From: Convolutriloba macropyga
Lineage: Eukaryota
DNA: 64,000 nt
Direction of reading: 5' to 3'
Assembly: GCF_964194025.1 (NCBI RefSeq)
Contig: NC_134477.1
Coordinates: forward strand, 49,600,001 to 49,664,000
The translations under genes and the position numbers were made by a program. The notes under the pieces were generated by a model, which did not search any database, had not been told where the DNA came from, and saw only the letters and a list, made by a program, of their open reading frames with translations. This document shows positions 1 through 12,600 of this stretch, piece after piece; the stretch's first letter is position 1, and each line of letters starts with the position of its first letter.

Positions 1-3000
1 TCTTCTTCGCTTGAAATCGAACTGTTTTCACAGTCACTATCCTGTAGTGATGGACAATCCGATTCAAAGGTTACTGTTGGAGTTTGATTGAGGCTGTAGT
101 AGCCATAAGGTAAAGTGTCAACACCGTTATCCAGTATGAATCTTCTGTCATCAAAACAACATAGAGCCGTTTTGTTTGTTGTTGTAACCTTTATTTGATG
201 GTTTGCTGAATGAATTCTTGTCATTGGTGCTCGACTGCTTACTCCGTTCAGAAGACACTCAAGAAACTTGTCATGATGCAGAGTCTTTTTAACCAGTTTT
301 TGCACGCCTTTGGCACTCTGTTTTACTCAACTTTGAAACTTGATGCTGTACATCTTAGATCGAAGAATTACACTCTCTTCCAAAACTGAACCCTTCAACT
401 CGTCAGTCATTGTCAGGGGCACTTTTTTATTACTCACGTCGAACAGAGGATGAGAAGTTGGGTAATCGCTGAGATCTAATAAATGTTTAAATTCGTACAT
501 GTCTTCATACAAGTCTTCGGTTTCTACTCTGTACAGAAGCGAGTCAGTGTCCTTGTAAGTGACCCAAATCCGTTTCCCGTACCTCGGTTTCATTTCCTTA
601 TAATGAAAATGGTACAGAGAAAGTTTTGAAAGGTCCAAGATGGCTGCTCCTACGGGAGTTGGTTTGTCCCATCTAATGTTCGGTACGGAATAACAAACGG
701 AACACAAATTTTCGCTTATAATTTGAAATGACTTGAAACTCGGCCTCGACGTAAGTTTGCAGGCTTTCTCCTCATCAGATACAAACTGGATATTTTTTCT
801 ATTTCGTTTGTTTTCCATTGTTTTGCCAAAGCAAGCGTTCGACATCAGTTTTTAAAAAATCTTTTCAAACGTTTTTGAAGCTTGCTTTCGCATAACCGTA
901 TTTTTTTCGATATAGGGGCGCAACCAGTCAGACTAATTAAATTGCAGAGCGCGATGAAGTCTACCAACTTTCAAACCTTGATCGATGTAAAATAGCAAGT
1001 TTTCAATGTGACATATTTAATTCGGCTTATCGAACGAAATGTCGACAAATTTCTGAACAGCAGATCTGTTAGCCGCTAAGTTTTTGCTGTACGCAGACAA
1101 CCAATCGTCTTGGATAACATGTTTCTCGGGAGCGAAGGGAAAATCAGAGTGGTCGTCGTGAATCTCTCGCGGATATTCTAGATCAATTTTAACGAAGTAG
1201 CCAAAGTCGGTATTTGACCTGTACTTTCCAATTAGCTCATCGATGTTTGAAAACTCGGTCCACTTGTAGCCACCCTTTGTAAGCTTTTTCATCATGATGC
1301 CACCATAGAGTGAGGTAACATCAAAAAAAGCGCCAAAAACGGACTGTTCGTTCCTATCGAAATTCTGAAGATATTTGTTATTAGCTCGAAAATGTCTCAG
1401 CGCTCCCACGCCATTGAGACCACCTCGAATAGATTTTTTGCAGAAAAGCAGCATATCAACGTCGGACAGAAGCCCCAACTCAACATCAGTTGTTACCAGC
1501 ATTGCATCCCAGCTTAGATTAGGAGCACTATAAAAATAAGCAGGATACAAACGATAAATTTTTATGCACACCGAGCGGAACAATTCGAACACATCTGCCA
1601 GCAAGAACACATCTGTCTGCAGATAAGCGTCGTGGTAGTCTCCAAAATTTTTACAACCGAAGAGATGATACATATCAACAGCTCGTGTATACATTTCTTG
1701 AGTAACATCAATTCTACCGGTTAGAGTGTTTTTCCAATGGTCACCGTAGGCAGGAAAGCCAAGTTCAAACTTACGGAATGAGTCTAAATACGAATAAGGA
1801 AAAATTCCCTTTGCTGTTATTTTCTTGAAATCTGAATCACAAAATTGTTTAAAGTGGAATCGGAGTAATTTCAAGTCGGCATCTTGCAAAGTTTGTGCCA
1901 GTGAATCACGGCTCGAGGCCATAAAATTAAAACTGTCCACAAAGCGCAATTCATTGCGTACAAGTTTATCGACACCACATTTGTTTATGTAACTTCTAAT
2001 GGGAACCTGAACTGAGAACGAAATAAACGTCTCTTCTGTCCTAGATATAGCTGAGAGAGTCTCGTTTTCTTCCAGCTTCATGTACTTTATAATATGATGG
2101 GCATCGTAACGAGACAAGTTATGGAAAAAAAACACAGAGAAAACTACCAACCGTAACCAATAAATTGCAACTACTGTGAGCAACGCCAAATACAGTGCCT
2201 GTCAGATGATAGTGATGGACTACTTTTTCATGATCAGACTCGAAGACTTTTTGACATATGCAGCAGGGTTCAAACCAGTTGTTCAATAGTTCCCTATTGG
2301 CAAAACTGGACATCTTTAGGAATCTGTAGCGTTGACGCTCATTGTCTGCCCATCTCAGCCGTTTTCGTAAAGTATGCATAAGAACAGCAATACAATCTTC
2401 GCCTCGGTAAAATTAATCATCTTCACACTTGAACTTCTGCTGTCAACAAGAACAGCTCCAAAGCTACAAAGATACTGATTCTCAGTAACACAGCTAGATG
2501 CTCCACCTATATTTAATCCAGTCTCGAGCAACTCTTCAGCCACTTCGAAATCCTCCGTTCTGACGTCAAGAGCCTCTAGGTCAGCATACACCACAAACGG
2601 GCATTTGAATGTCTTCTGCCAGTTTTAAACTTTACGGTAGAACCCTGTGGCGGCATCTCAAAAACTTGTGGCTGATGGTGTTCGCAAAGCGATTTGTGAA
2701 GCTTAAATTTTTCGCGAGCAACAGTCTGCAGACAACGCTTGCAGAAATTTCGAACGTTACTTTTCAAGCTAGCGGTGGCGGCCAAGCGAAGTAAAACCTT
2801 TAGAACTTGATCCAAGTTCTTTATCAAACAATAGTGCCAATTGTTTTCATCTGACAGCAACAATAAATTGATTCGCTTCGCTGAATTTTTATATTTGCTG
2901 ATGTATGCCGGATACGCTTTGCTACACTCGTAAGCGAACACGTTTATTTTCAGGGGATTGTTTTTCTCGAAAACCGGTATATCAGCTAAAGCCACTGGCA

Positions 3001-3904
3001 TTTTTCGCGGGTTGAAGCGGAGACTGTTTATGTGTTGGCGGTAAATTTGCGGTCTCTCTTGTTTTGCTTAACGGGGAGGAGCGCCGCTAAAACAGAGTAA
3101 ATGAAGCAAAGCACAGATTGGCTTTTAGGTTTTTGACATTCAAGAATGATTTGCGTTGTGTTTCAAGTTCAGGAGGCGTTGCAATGTAAGATCCCGCGCG
3201 AAGAGGGGAAATTTTGAAATCTTCAATTCGACAACATTTAACTTTTCTTTCACGCACCCACTTCCTGCAGTGCAAAACACGTTTATTTTTGTCAATAGTT
3301 TGTCAATATGACCGAAATATTCTTCAGCAGTCAATGATGTGGAGAGGCTCTCCATTGGACTGTGAAAGAAACACAGAGTACTGTCATCAGTTAGAGGCTT
3401 GGTGAACTTCATCTCTATGATTCCGAACTTCGCAGTCACCAAATCGTGAAATTTCGTCGTGATAAAATCTGTAATTTTTTGTTCCTGGAGCACGAGAAAT
3501 TCAAAGGGGTCAAAAATTGAACTGTCGTTTATTTTGAGTCGGAATGACTGGAAGTGCTCGCGAACTGACTTTCTCTCACGTTCCAAAACAAAACGATCGT
3601 CTTGAGAGAAATTGAATGGATCAGTTCGAATAACTGAATCCACCACAGAATGCTCGTCTGCACAATGTTTTCGCAACGCTTGCTCATGTCCGAAAAACGT
3701 TTGACACGAATTACATCTAACATAACGCGCCAATTTTTGGACATTTTTCAAATGCCGAACCAAGTTTTTCGCGAGCGTAAAAGTGTTTGAGCAATGTTCG
3801 TAAACAAAGTTCTAATTCGGGAGGTCAACATGCTTTTGATGCTTATGCAACACGAGTTCCTTTCGTTTAGCGAAGTCCTGATCGCAGAAATTGCATTTGA
3901 ACAT
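1..3904 (-). pseudogene. Protein-primed family-B DNA polymerase (pPolB) of a Polinton/Maverick/adintovirus-type element, pseudogenised; 3' end runs off the window
   Basis: ORF fragments join in order. N-terminus: ATG at 3904, C2H2 fingers (CNFC..HKHQKH; CNSC..HCADEH), GSG / GSYIATP..NLCF, WHYCLIKNL. Exonuclease region: ExoI YADLE, CxxC..HYHLTG..AHSSCNL, ExoII FHNLSRYDAH, FVDSF, KGIFPY, ExoIII YLQTDVFLLADVFE. Polymerase region: motif A DVTSLYG, motif B KLMSNACFGKTMEN, motif C YKDTDS, AKGV, DDRR..TLPYG. In-frame stops (~3812, 1017-1019, ~935, ~852, 327-329) plus about five frameshifts. Confidence 0.93.
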
Positions 3905-4053
3905 GATTCCTAAACCAAATATTAGTTTAGGTTTCCTCGGCTTTCTATAAAGGCTAGGAAATCTGTTGTTGTTCTCAGGAACATCCCAGCAAAGATGCGA
4001 GGCTCCAGTTTAAATAAAACCGGGAACCCAGGCATCTTTGATTTGAAAATACT

Positions 4054-4132
4054 TCAGTTGGAGGATAGTCGGAAAAACAGTCTTTAAAACCTTAGGTTTC
4101 GTAGACTGTTTTTTCGACTATCCTCCACCTGA
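4054..4132. repeat. Long imperfect palindrome/hairpin upstream of pPolB
   Basis: TCAGTTGGAGGATAGTCGGAAAAACAGTCT..AAACC-TTA-GGTTT..AGACTGTTTTTTCGACTATCCTCCACCTGA; arms ~38 bp. A second smaller hairpin CCTGGT...ACCAGG follows at ~4139-4167. Confidence 0.85.
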
Positions 4133-4317
4133 CTTCAGCCTGGTCCCTTCGACGAGAGGTAACCAGGTCTGACAAAGGCCAGAAGGAGGTTTAATGTATT
4201 CTAGTGACGCAAGACGCTACAAAGCAACAAGAAATTTGGAGGCATGCTAATGAGATTTTGATGAGAATCGAATAATTCGTCAAGCAGCTATTCTTGCATC
4301 TCGAGAACTTTTTTAAA

Positions 4318-4398
4318 CAATATAGTTACAGAGTTATACAGAGATATAGTTACTGTTGTTTATACAGAGTTATACAGAGATATAGTTACTGCTGTTTT
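4318..4398. repeat. Short tandem duplication (~36-bp unit TACAGAGTTATACAGAGATATAGTTACTG...)
   Basis: Unit visible twice, plus a partial copy (gives the YRVIQRYSYCC repeat in the ORF track). Confidence 0.8.
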
Positions 4399-5061
4399 AT
4401 ATTGTTTTATAAACGATATAAAACAGCATTGTTTTTAAACAATATGCAATTGCAGGTATATAAAATAATTTTATACCAAAATCTGTAGAGCGCATCTCTC
4501 CTTAGCTTTTCGGTTCAAATTGATATAAACTATGCGAAAATTGTTTTCGCTTATATCCATGATCTAAACATCAATGAGCGGATTCAAAAGAAAACAAGAA
4601 GAGCGCTGCTCTTTTGTAGCCTGGCATATAATTTTTTTTCAATGTTGTGATTTGATACTCGTAATATGATCGAATTAGGTGAATGTAATTGCTGAACTTT
4701 ACTATACTTAGCTAAAGTCAGACTTCATAGCTTATTAATAGTTATATTTCAAAAACTTTAAATAACATTATATCCCATGCATTAGATGATCTATCTTTAA
4801 TGCTAGCGTCCCGTAAAAGTGACTCTAGACAGACCCTCCGGGTGAGGATAAACTTTTGACACTCTGCACAATCTTGTTAAAGGACTAACAAGTTCGTAAT
4901 CTACGCTGGTTTAATAATATTCAATAAAGTGAATAATGCATGGAACATTTAAATATTTAAAAGACTATGCCTTCTATTTGAAAACATCATATAGAGAAAG
5001 TGCTCAGCTTTCGCTTTTTATTGATATTGTCTGTGCGAAAAATAATTAGGCTCTTATCCAT

Positions 5062-5064
<3 letters not shown>

Positions 5065-5112
<48 letters not shown>
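5065..5112. repeat. (AT)n microsatellite
   Basis: Perfect AT dinucleotide run of 48 nt. Confidence 0.98.
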
Positions 5113-5114
<2 letters not shown>

Positions 5115-5736
5115 ATGTGCGGATACAAAAAACAACAAGAAGAGCGTTGCTCTTCACAGAATTTTGACTTGATACTCGAATCATCATAGAAAAATATTGG
5201 AAGCATAAGTAGAAAACAACGAGAGCACAGTTCTTCAGAAAAATCCGGCATACAGTTCCCAAGAGATTTCGACTGAATATTCCTTTCGATCTATAGCAAT
5301 CCCGATATCCTATCAAGTCAAAACTTTTCAACAGTTGCTATGAACGTATATATTAACAGTTTACCTAAGTGGTAAGTTAAAACCAATTGCAATAAAATTT
5401 AATCTGTGTTGCAAGATGAAGGAAAGTAGGGCAGTGTTACCAACTATTTGTCAAGATTTAGATTTATAAAAACAAACCCGAAAACTTAGGAGCCTAATTA
5501 GCTAATCCAACCAATAACGCATGATACAAAACTTAATCAGTGGGGCATAGGTCGTACCATATGAGGCCATTTTCAGGGTATTCAATTGAATTTATTCACA
5601 CAGTTTCTGATAAACTGACTTCAAAAGGCTATACCCGCCCCATTCTCAGCTGATTCCCATGTTCCTCTATGTCAAAAATTAGTTGAAAATAATCTCAACC
5701 TGTTTAGATATTTTTGAGTTATGCACCGATTAGCAC

Positions 5737-5771
5737 TATAAAAAGCACTCAATTTCCCCACAAAATCACTT
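5737..5771 (+). promoter_or_regulatory. Putative TATA box and initiator for the 5785-6555 gene
   Basis: TATAAAA at 5737-5743 and TCACTT ~30 nt downstream, directly before the open frame. Confidence 0.4.
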
Positions 5772-5784
5772 CTGTGAATTTGAT

Positions 5785-6418
5785 TTGATCTACACTAAAA
5801 AAACATCAACCCGCCTAGTAAAGGTGTGGCGAGAAGCTGAATTGGAGGGTTCAAATATTGAAAATGTGCTATACAAATTCTCGAATAACAGAAGATTTGT
5901 CTACCAAACGATAAGCATACCCAAACATCAATTCAAATCAAGGTTGGACAGCATATTGATGGAGGTGGACTTGCTGCGCGTCATCATGGACGGGAGAATA
6001 CACCCAGAGGGCAGACTTGTAGTTCATCAGGAGGCTTGTGAGCGGATGCGGTTGGACTCTAAAAGCTGTGAAGTCATCAGGGACCTCAGAGGTAATATAA
6101 TTCTTCAAATGCTCAAGTTTATTCAGTATTTAAACTTTATCAGAGCAAAAGATATAAGAAATCTAAAATTCTTAACTTTAGGAGTCTATTGCTAAAGATA
6201 GAAATTGATCTAATTAATGTTTCTCTGTTTAGATAACGACAATACGTACTTCCGATTGTCGATGAAGTACTTCGACCCCGAGGACATATTGCTCAGCGTG
6301 TTCTTCCATGTAAAGAGATTTGACAGAAAAAGTGATATGTGGGAGCTGCGCTATGTGTCCTTGGAGTTGAGAGAAATGGCAGCTCTACTGCGATTTAACA
6401 GAGATTACAAGAACTCAA

Positions 6419-6462
<44 letters not shown>

Positions 6463-6555
6463 CAGTTAAGAGAGAAAAACCAACCGCATCCGTTCGACCC
6501 CAGCCTCGGAAAATTCCCAAAGTTCAGGAAACCGCTGATGGTGAAGACGTTATAG
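5785..6555 (+). CDS. Two-exon ORF (5785-6091, 6233-6555), possibly a tandem PC4-like ssDNA-binding protein of the Polinton; start codon uncertain
   Basis: Donor AGAG|GTAAT at 6092, branch CTAAT, acceptor TTCTCTGTTTAG|AT at 6232. The 141-nt phase-1 intron joins the two ORFs in frame (..VIRDLR-D-NDNTYFRLSM..). ISIPKHQFKSRL and YVSLELREMAALL loosely resemble the PC4 GISLxxEQWxxL helix. No in-frame ATG at the 5' end. Confidence 0.45.
6419..6462 (+). repeat. (GA)n microsatellite inside ORF (poly-RE)
   Basis: AG dinucleotide run. Confidence 0.95.
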
Positions 6556-7239
6556 TTTCTTCCCTCAGACGAAGAAAACTATTAAAACTCTAACTATGTA
6601 AATCCTATGTATATAACTTAAATGTATTACCTTGTGAATTTATTCACAATTTTGGTGAAATTTTATAATATTTCTTCAATTTATTATTACCAAAACCGAT
6701 CTCTCCTGCAAGACTAGAAAGTTATCAAAGTTACCAAATACAGCCTGACAAACGGCTGTCAGATTAGTTAATTTTGAGTGGTGGGGCAAAATTGAAACGT
6801 ACCTTGAAAATGAAATAAATTTTCAACCAAAAATTTGTTAACAAATGGCTCAGGGCATACCATAAAAGCAATTCTTTGATACAGTTTTGCGTTACGGATT
6901 CAATAATTCAAAGCACGCACAAGACACGTGATAGCTATTAAAGGCACACAAAACAGAAGCGAAACGGACAGTAAGCAAAATATTCAGTTTGGTATGTGTC
7001 AAACATAAAGATAAATCGGTAATTGATGATCATCATTGGACTCAATGTATGGAGTAACCTTGAAACATAATGGTATAATAATATCCGAAAAAATGTAGAT
7101 CTGATGTCCCTTTGGCACAATGGTTAAGGCACTAAAAGAAGAAAAAATATCATGCATAAAGAACATAGACTGAGGTTCGAGGCTTTAGAATAAAGCGATC
7201 CTTTTTCTGTGCGGTAGACCACCCCAATTTTCAGTACTC

Positions 7240-8230
7240 ATAGTCTTTATAGTCTGGACCATGGTCTGATTTCGGTCTGATCAGAGGGCAATTCGGTCTG
7301 GAAGGTCTGATCATAGTCTTTTGTAGTCTGGAGGAAGTTTTCAGCAAACCACAATTTTTTCAATGTTCATACACCAAAATACATAAATTTGACCTGAAGC
7401 GAATCAATGCCGGTGTTTCTTAGTTTTTTGAGGAAGTTTTTGTTGTGTGAGGGAGTTTTGTTGTGTTTTCGAGAACCCTAGGACAGAAAGGTATTCATGT
7501 TTGCACAAAATTTTCAAGAGAGTATTAGAAATACAAAAAAAAATTATGAAAAGAACAATATTTATTTTCTGATTTTTTTAGCCCTCTATATAACGTCAGA
7601 TAAAACATTTTGCATTGTAGTGAGTTAAATAATTGCAATTAAAGAGAAGACTGTAGAAAAGTTCTCTTAAATTTTTTTCAACAACATCTATTGGTGTTGT
7701 TAGACTAAAGGAATTAAAGTTTGTCTGGAATTTACATTTTAGTCGCAAAACATTTGTTTGGTTTCGTTGCGCAAATCGCTAACCATGCAAAGAAAACAGA
7801 GAAAAGGTGCATTTTCCCAGATTTGGTCTAGATTGAGTCTGATAAGCGGTCAATTTGGTCCTGATGGTCTGATTATAGTATTTTTATAGTCTGAACAATG
7901 GTCTGAGTTTGAGTCTGACCATAAGCGCAGTATAGTCTGGACAAAGGTCTGGGTTCGGTCTGAAAAGCAGTCACTTTTATCTGGAAAGTCTGATCAAAGT
8001 CTGTTTATAGTCTGGACAATGGTCTGAATTTGGGTCTGATCATAAGCGCAGTATAGTCTGGACAAAGGCCTGGGTTCGGTCTGATCAGAGTTCATTTTGG
8101 TCTGGAATGTCTGATGAGAGATCATTTTGGTCTGGAAGGTCTGATCAGAGGTGATTTCGGTCTGGAAAGTCTGATCAGAAGTCATTTCAACCTGAATAGT
8201 CTGATCATAGCTCAGTTTGGGTCTGGACCT
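7240..8230. repeat. TCTGATCAGA/GGTCTG-rich minisatellite blocks (7240-7335 and 7820-8230; ~30-bp units)
   Basis: Repeated CTGATCAGAG..TTT(C/T)GGTCTGGAA; a ~75-bp duplication at ~7885 and ~8005. Confidence 0.8.
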
Positions 8231-8356
8231 AAACCTGGGTACCGAAATGAACCTTCTTTCAATGAAATCCTCTGCGACTTACGGACCAGTTAAAGCTATT
8301 AACTGTAAGTGACTATAGTCCACATTTACAATGTAGTAAGATACAAAAGAGGAAAC

Positions 8357-8556
8357 NNNNNNNNNNNNNNNNNNNNNNNNNNNNNNNNNNNNNNNNNNNN
8401 NNNNNNNNNNNNNNNNNNNNNNNNNNNNNNNNNNNNNNNNNNNNNNNNNNNNNNNNNNNNNNNNNNNNNNNNNNNNNNNNNNNNNNNNNNNNNNNNNNNN
8501 NNNNNNNNNNNNNNNNNNNNNNNNNNNNNNNNNNNNNNNNNNNNNNNNNNNNNNNN
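8357..8556. other. Assembly gap (200 N)
   Basis: Run of N. Confidence 1.
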
Positions 8557-8580
8557 ATTTTTTGCATTGAAAATGATAAA

Positions 8581-8800
8581 ATGTCGGGACAATTGATTTT
8601 GTTAGTTTTTATTTCTTATCAGTGCTTTGTTAATGATGGAAGCAAAGTTGGCATTGATGATTACGATTACAAGGGGGAAGGCTTCGTTGGTCGAATGAAA
8701 GACCCCGATCATCAAACGAGTGGGTATATTTGTACAGTAACTGCTCTGAACAAATTTTACGCAGCTACTACCCACCAGTGTGCAAAAAGTGGTTCGTCAT
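8581..8800 (+). CDS. Gene A exon 1: signal peptide and N-terminal part of a trypsin-like serine protease homologue (catalytic His position = Q)
   Basis: MSGQLILLVFISYQCFVNDG is signal-like. ICTVTALNKFYAATTHQC aligns with the S1 CGGxLIxxxWVLTAAHC motif. Phase-1 donor T|GTAAGC at 8801, the same phase as gene C exon 1. Confidence 0.8.
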
Positions 8801-9669
8801 GTAAGCAGAATTAAACAAATTTATTTGAACTAGAAGTAAATTCAAGACCAATTTTTATTCCCGTTTCGAGGTTTCAGCGCTAAAAATTGCTAAAAGATGT
8901 ATAAGTATTGCGGCAAATGCGGTGAGTGGTGAAACCGGTGAACACGATGAAATAGGTGAAAAGAAATCTTTCACCGCTAAATACCGCAAATCAACTGCAA
9001 AAATTTGCAGCTAAATGTCACAGCAAAAATTAGCTTGCTGTTGGATGCGGTGAAAAATTTTGATTCGTCCATTAAGCGCTGAAGCAATACATACTTTTTT
9101 CTCTGTAAAATCGCGATCAGAGTTACAACAAGAAGATTTTAGGAGTTCTTCAGTAATGATCCCGTATTTCAAAGCAGTAACTTAGAAAGTAGAAAGCCTA
9201 ACCAGGACGAGGTCCGCAACCCCAAAACAGGTGTACGCCAGACGCATTTAGGTGTCAGGACAGGGGGTCCGGACTCAACAAACCGAAAATCAAGAATGGG
9301 TTACACAAATCAGACTTCCATCACCCGTAGCCAGACTGAACGAACGCAAGCCAGACCCTGGTGCAGGCCAGACAGACTTTGATAACACTGGGCAAGGCCA
9401 AACTGAGCCAAGGCAGAGCCTGGGCCAGCGGACTTAAACACATAGAAGCACCACAATAAATTTAAAATTTTTGCTGCTTAATTTTGATTCCAAAAATCAG
9501 TTTAAACAATTTATTTTTTTTTAATCAGAAAACTGTAAATCTTTTTAGAAGAAAGCACTTTTTGGAAGCCGAATGGATGCGTCTGTTCATCAATCTACAA
9601 TGTGTTATTAGTTGCTAAAGAACAGTTGTTGCTTTCAAATAAGGTCAATTCAGCAGAGAATTATCGATT

Positions 9670-12600
9670 TTTTTGAAGTGGAGCGTTATTGTCTTGAACT
9701 GGAATTATGGGCGTTGATCAGTCAAAATAACTTGTGTGGACTCCAATTAGACAACTTTTCTGCTATTACTCTCCACCGAAGTCATAGAACTATAATGTTT
9801 TCTCAGTGGATCCAGTTTTTCATGATAGAGGATCCCGACGACAAGTTGCCAATGACTCGAATTATCTTGAATTAGCTCAAACTACCACAAAATAATCCGA
9901 CAACCGGTGTCTCAGACAAAATTTTAAATTGTCCTGCATGGTTGATACATATGCTATGTTTCAACCATGCAGGACAATTTAAAGTTTCGTGATAATAAAC
10001 CGAAAGTGCGACTATTCAAAACCGTGCAACTATGATCAGACCATTTAATTCCGTGATCAATTTGCTCAGACAAGCAGTTGGCACGATTCAAAATATCCCG
10101 AAATTGTTCGAAAATGCGCAATTTATGACAAACTATGATCCGATGGAACAGACTATGGAAGAATGTGCGACTATTATTCGACAATCCGGACTGTCCGAAT
10201 CTGTGCGACAGATCGGACAAAATTTTTATAACTGCTGATTTTTTTTCTCATTATAAGTTTTTTTCAGGTCGCATCTACCGTGAGAATTACTGAAAAAAGT
10301 AACTTGGAAAATTGTGAGAAAGCTTTTAAAGATAACTGAATAAAATTCAAACAAAAAACAACAATTTTTGTTTTAACTGTTTCAGTTTGTTAAAAAACAC
10401 TCAATGAATAACAACAAATATACCATAACTTAATATAACATTTCAAAATCTTCCGACCAATTTTGTCGATCTAAAAAAATCAAACATTTTTTGGGCAGGC
10501 GTTTGACAATACAGGTGTTGCTTGTGTTAACTTACAGCTCATGCTAATAATTCAGATAAGTCATCTGACCTATCTTCGTTAGTTAGCTTAAAGAATTTAA
10601 ACTTTGAAAAGTGTAAAGTTTTTTCAATTCAGAGGGACTATGAGGCAGAATTAATCAGAGTATAAATCGAATAAGCGCGTTTCCTCACTAATATTTGACA
10701 TAACAAGTCTATGACTCAAAGTGACGAAGCTAGGATTCAAATATGTGGTCTCATGATTCAACATAGCGAAATAAAACATGGTCCAAACAAAAGTATTCTA
10801 GACCATGTAAATAACATCTGGAGGTACTTCAAATCACACCTTAAAACTCTATTCATATACCCACATTTTTCAACCCGGGCTCCACCAAAACTTTTTCTGG
10901 ACTGTGGGTTTGAATTTTTTACAGACCACTTTCTCCACTCCATGTCCGATAGGACCATACCTGTTTTGGTTTGCACACCTCATCCTGGGAGTTTGACTTG
11001 AAAATACTACAACTGGTCTGAAATTCGTGAACAGAGATACCTCATTCACCATCTCATGATCTAGAAATCCCGAGTCGAATTCATCTTTTAACTGTCAACA
11101 ATAGTCTTTCCCATGAAGCTGATCGAACTTCGAACGTTCAAAAAATGCCAGTTTTCAGAATATTGATGTGGTCATATTAATGTCCATGATTTTTTCTGAT
11201 ATTTCAATTTCGTCCGATCTTTTCAACAAGTTTTAAATTTGAAAGTTGAACTTCTCACTAGTTTTTTTGCGTTTGCTTATTTCAATTTTCAGAGACACGT
11301 TATAAATATAGGTTGGGCGACTCTAACTAGGGACATTGCGAGAAACCTTTAAAAGATAACTGTTTAAAATTCAAACGAAAAAAATAAAAAATTTTTTGTT
11401 TTAACTTTTAGATTGTTGAAATTCCTCAAACACTCAATGAATAACAACAAAACTGAATATACAATTTCAAAATCTTCTGACCAGTTTTGTCCATCTAATA
11501 AAAAACTCAATCTTTTTGTCAGAATTTTGGCAATATAGGTGTTGCTTGTGTTAGCTTATCGCTCAAGCTGATAAGTCATCTGACCTATCTTTCTCAGTTA
11601 GCTCAGAAAATTGAAATTTTGAAAACTAAAAAGTTTTTAAATTTCAGCGGGACTCTGAGGCAGTATTTATCAGAGTATGAATCGAATAAGCGTGTATTTT
11701 TTCCTGAGAATTGACATAACAAGTATATGATTCAAATTGACGGCGCGACAATTCAATTAAGTGGTTTCATGATTCAACATAGCGCGCTTATGATTCGAAA
11801 TAATCTTTGGTCCAAAAAAGTATTCCAGACCATGCAAATAACATCTGGGGGCTAACCAATTCCATACCCTAAAATTCTATTCATATACCCACCACTTCAC
11901 TCCGGGTTCTTCCAATGCTTTTTCTGGACTGTGAGTTTGAATTTTTTACAGACCGTTTTGTCCACTCCAAGTCCAATAGGACCATACTTGTTTTGGTTTG
12001 CAGATCTCGTCTTGGGAGTTTGCGATGAAACCCAACAACTGTTCTGAAAAAGGATACCTCTAATTCAGCATCTCATGCTCTAGATATCTTACGCGGAATT
12101 GATCTGTCAACTATCAACAATAGTCTCTCTCATTGAGCTGATTTAAACGAACTTTGAACGTTCAGAAAATGCCCAGCTTTTTTAATGTAATGCCAACCGT
12201 ATTTAAGACAAGCGTGATCTGATAGAACAGACAATGGAAGAATTTGCGACTATTATTTGACAATCCGGACTGTCCGAATCTGTGCGACAGATCGGACAAA
12301 GTTTTTACAACTGCTGAATTCTTTTCCATTATAAGTCTTTTCAGGTCCCATCTACCGGTAATACTCCCCTCTATTGATAATTATTTAAAAAAGTAATTTG
12401 GAATTTGTGAGAAAACTTGTAAAGATAACTGATTAAAATTCAAGCAAAATATAACAACTTTTGTTTTTTTTTTAGTTTGTTAAAAAACACTCTAAATAGC
12501 TTGTGCGGACTCCAATTAGCCAAATTCCCTGCAATTACTCTCCACTAAAAATATAGAACTATAATGTTTTCTAAGCGGATCCAGCTTTTCATGCTAGAGG

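Larger units (their letters stand above)
1..6600. mobile_element. Decayed Polinton/Maverick-like element remnant (boundaries approximate)
   Basis: pPolB pseudogene plus adjacent hairpins and a divergent small gene. No integrase, capsid, ATPase, TIR or TSD recognised in the window, so the right boundary is a guess. Confidence 0.6.

Noticed and set aside
7820-8230. CRISPR-like regularly spaced repeats
   Set aside because: Spacers are themselves repeats, context is eukaryotic, and no cas genes are present.
8309-8596. ORFs spanning N-runs (also 58383-59006)
   Set aside because: Artefacts of assembly gaps.
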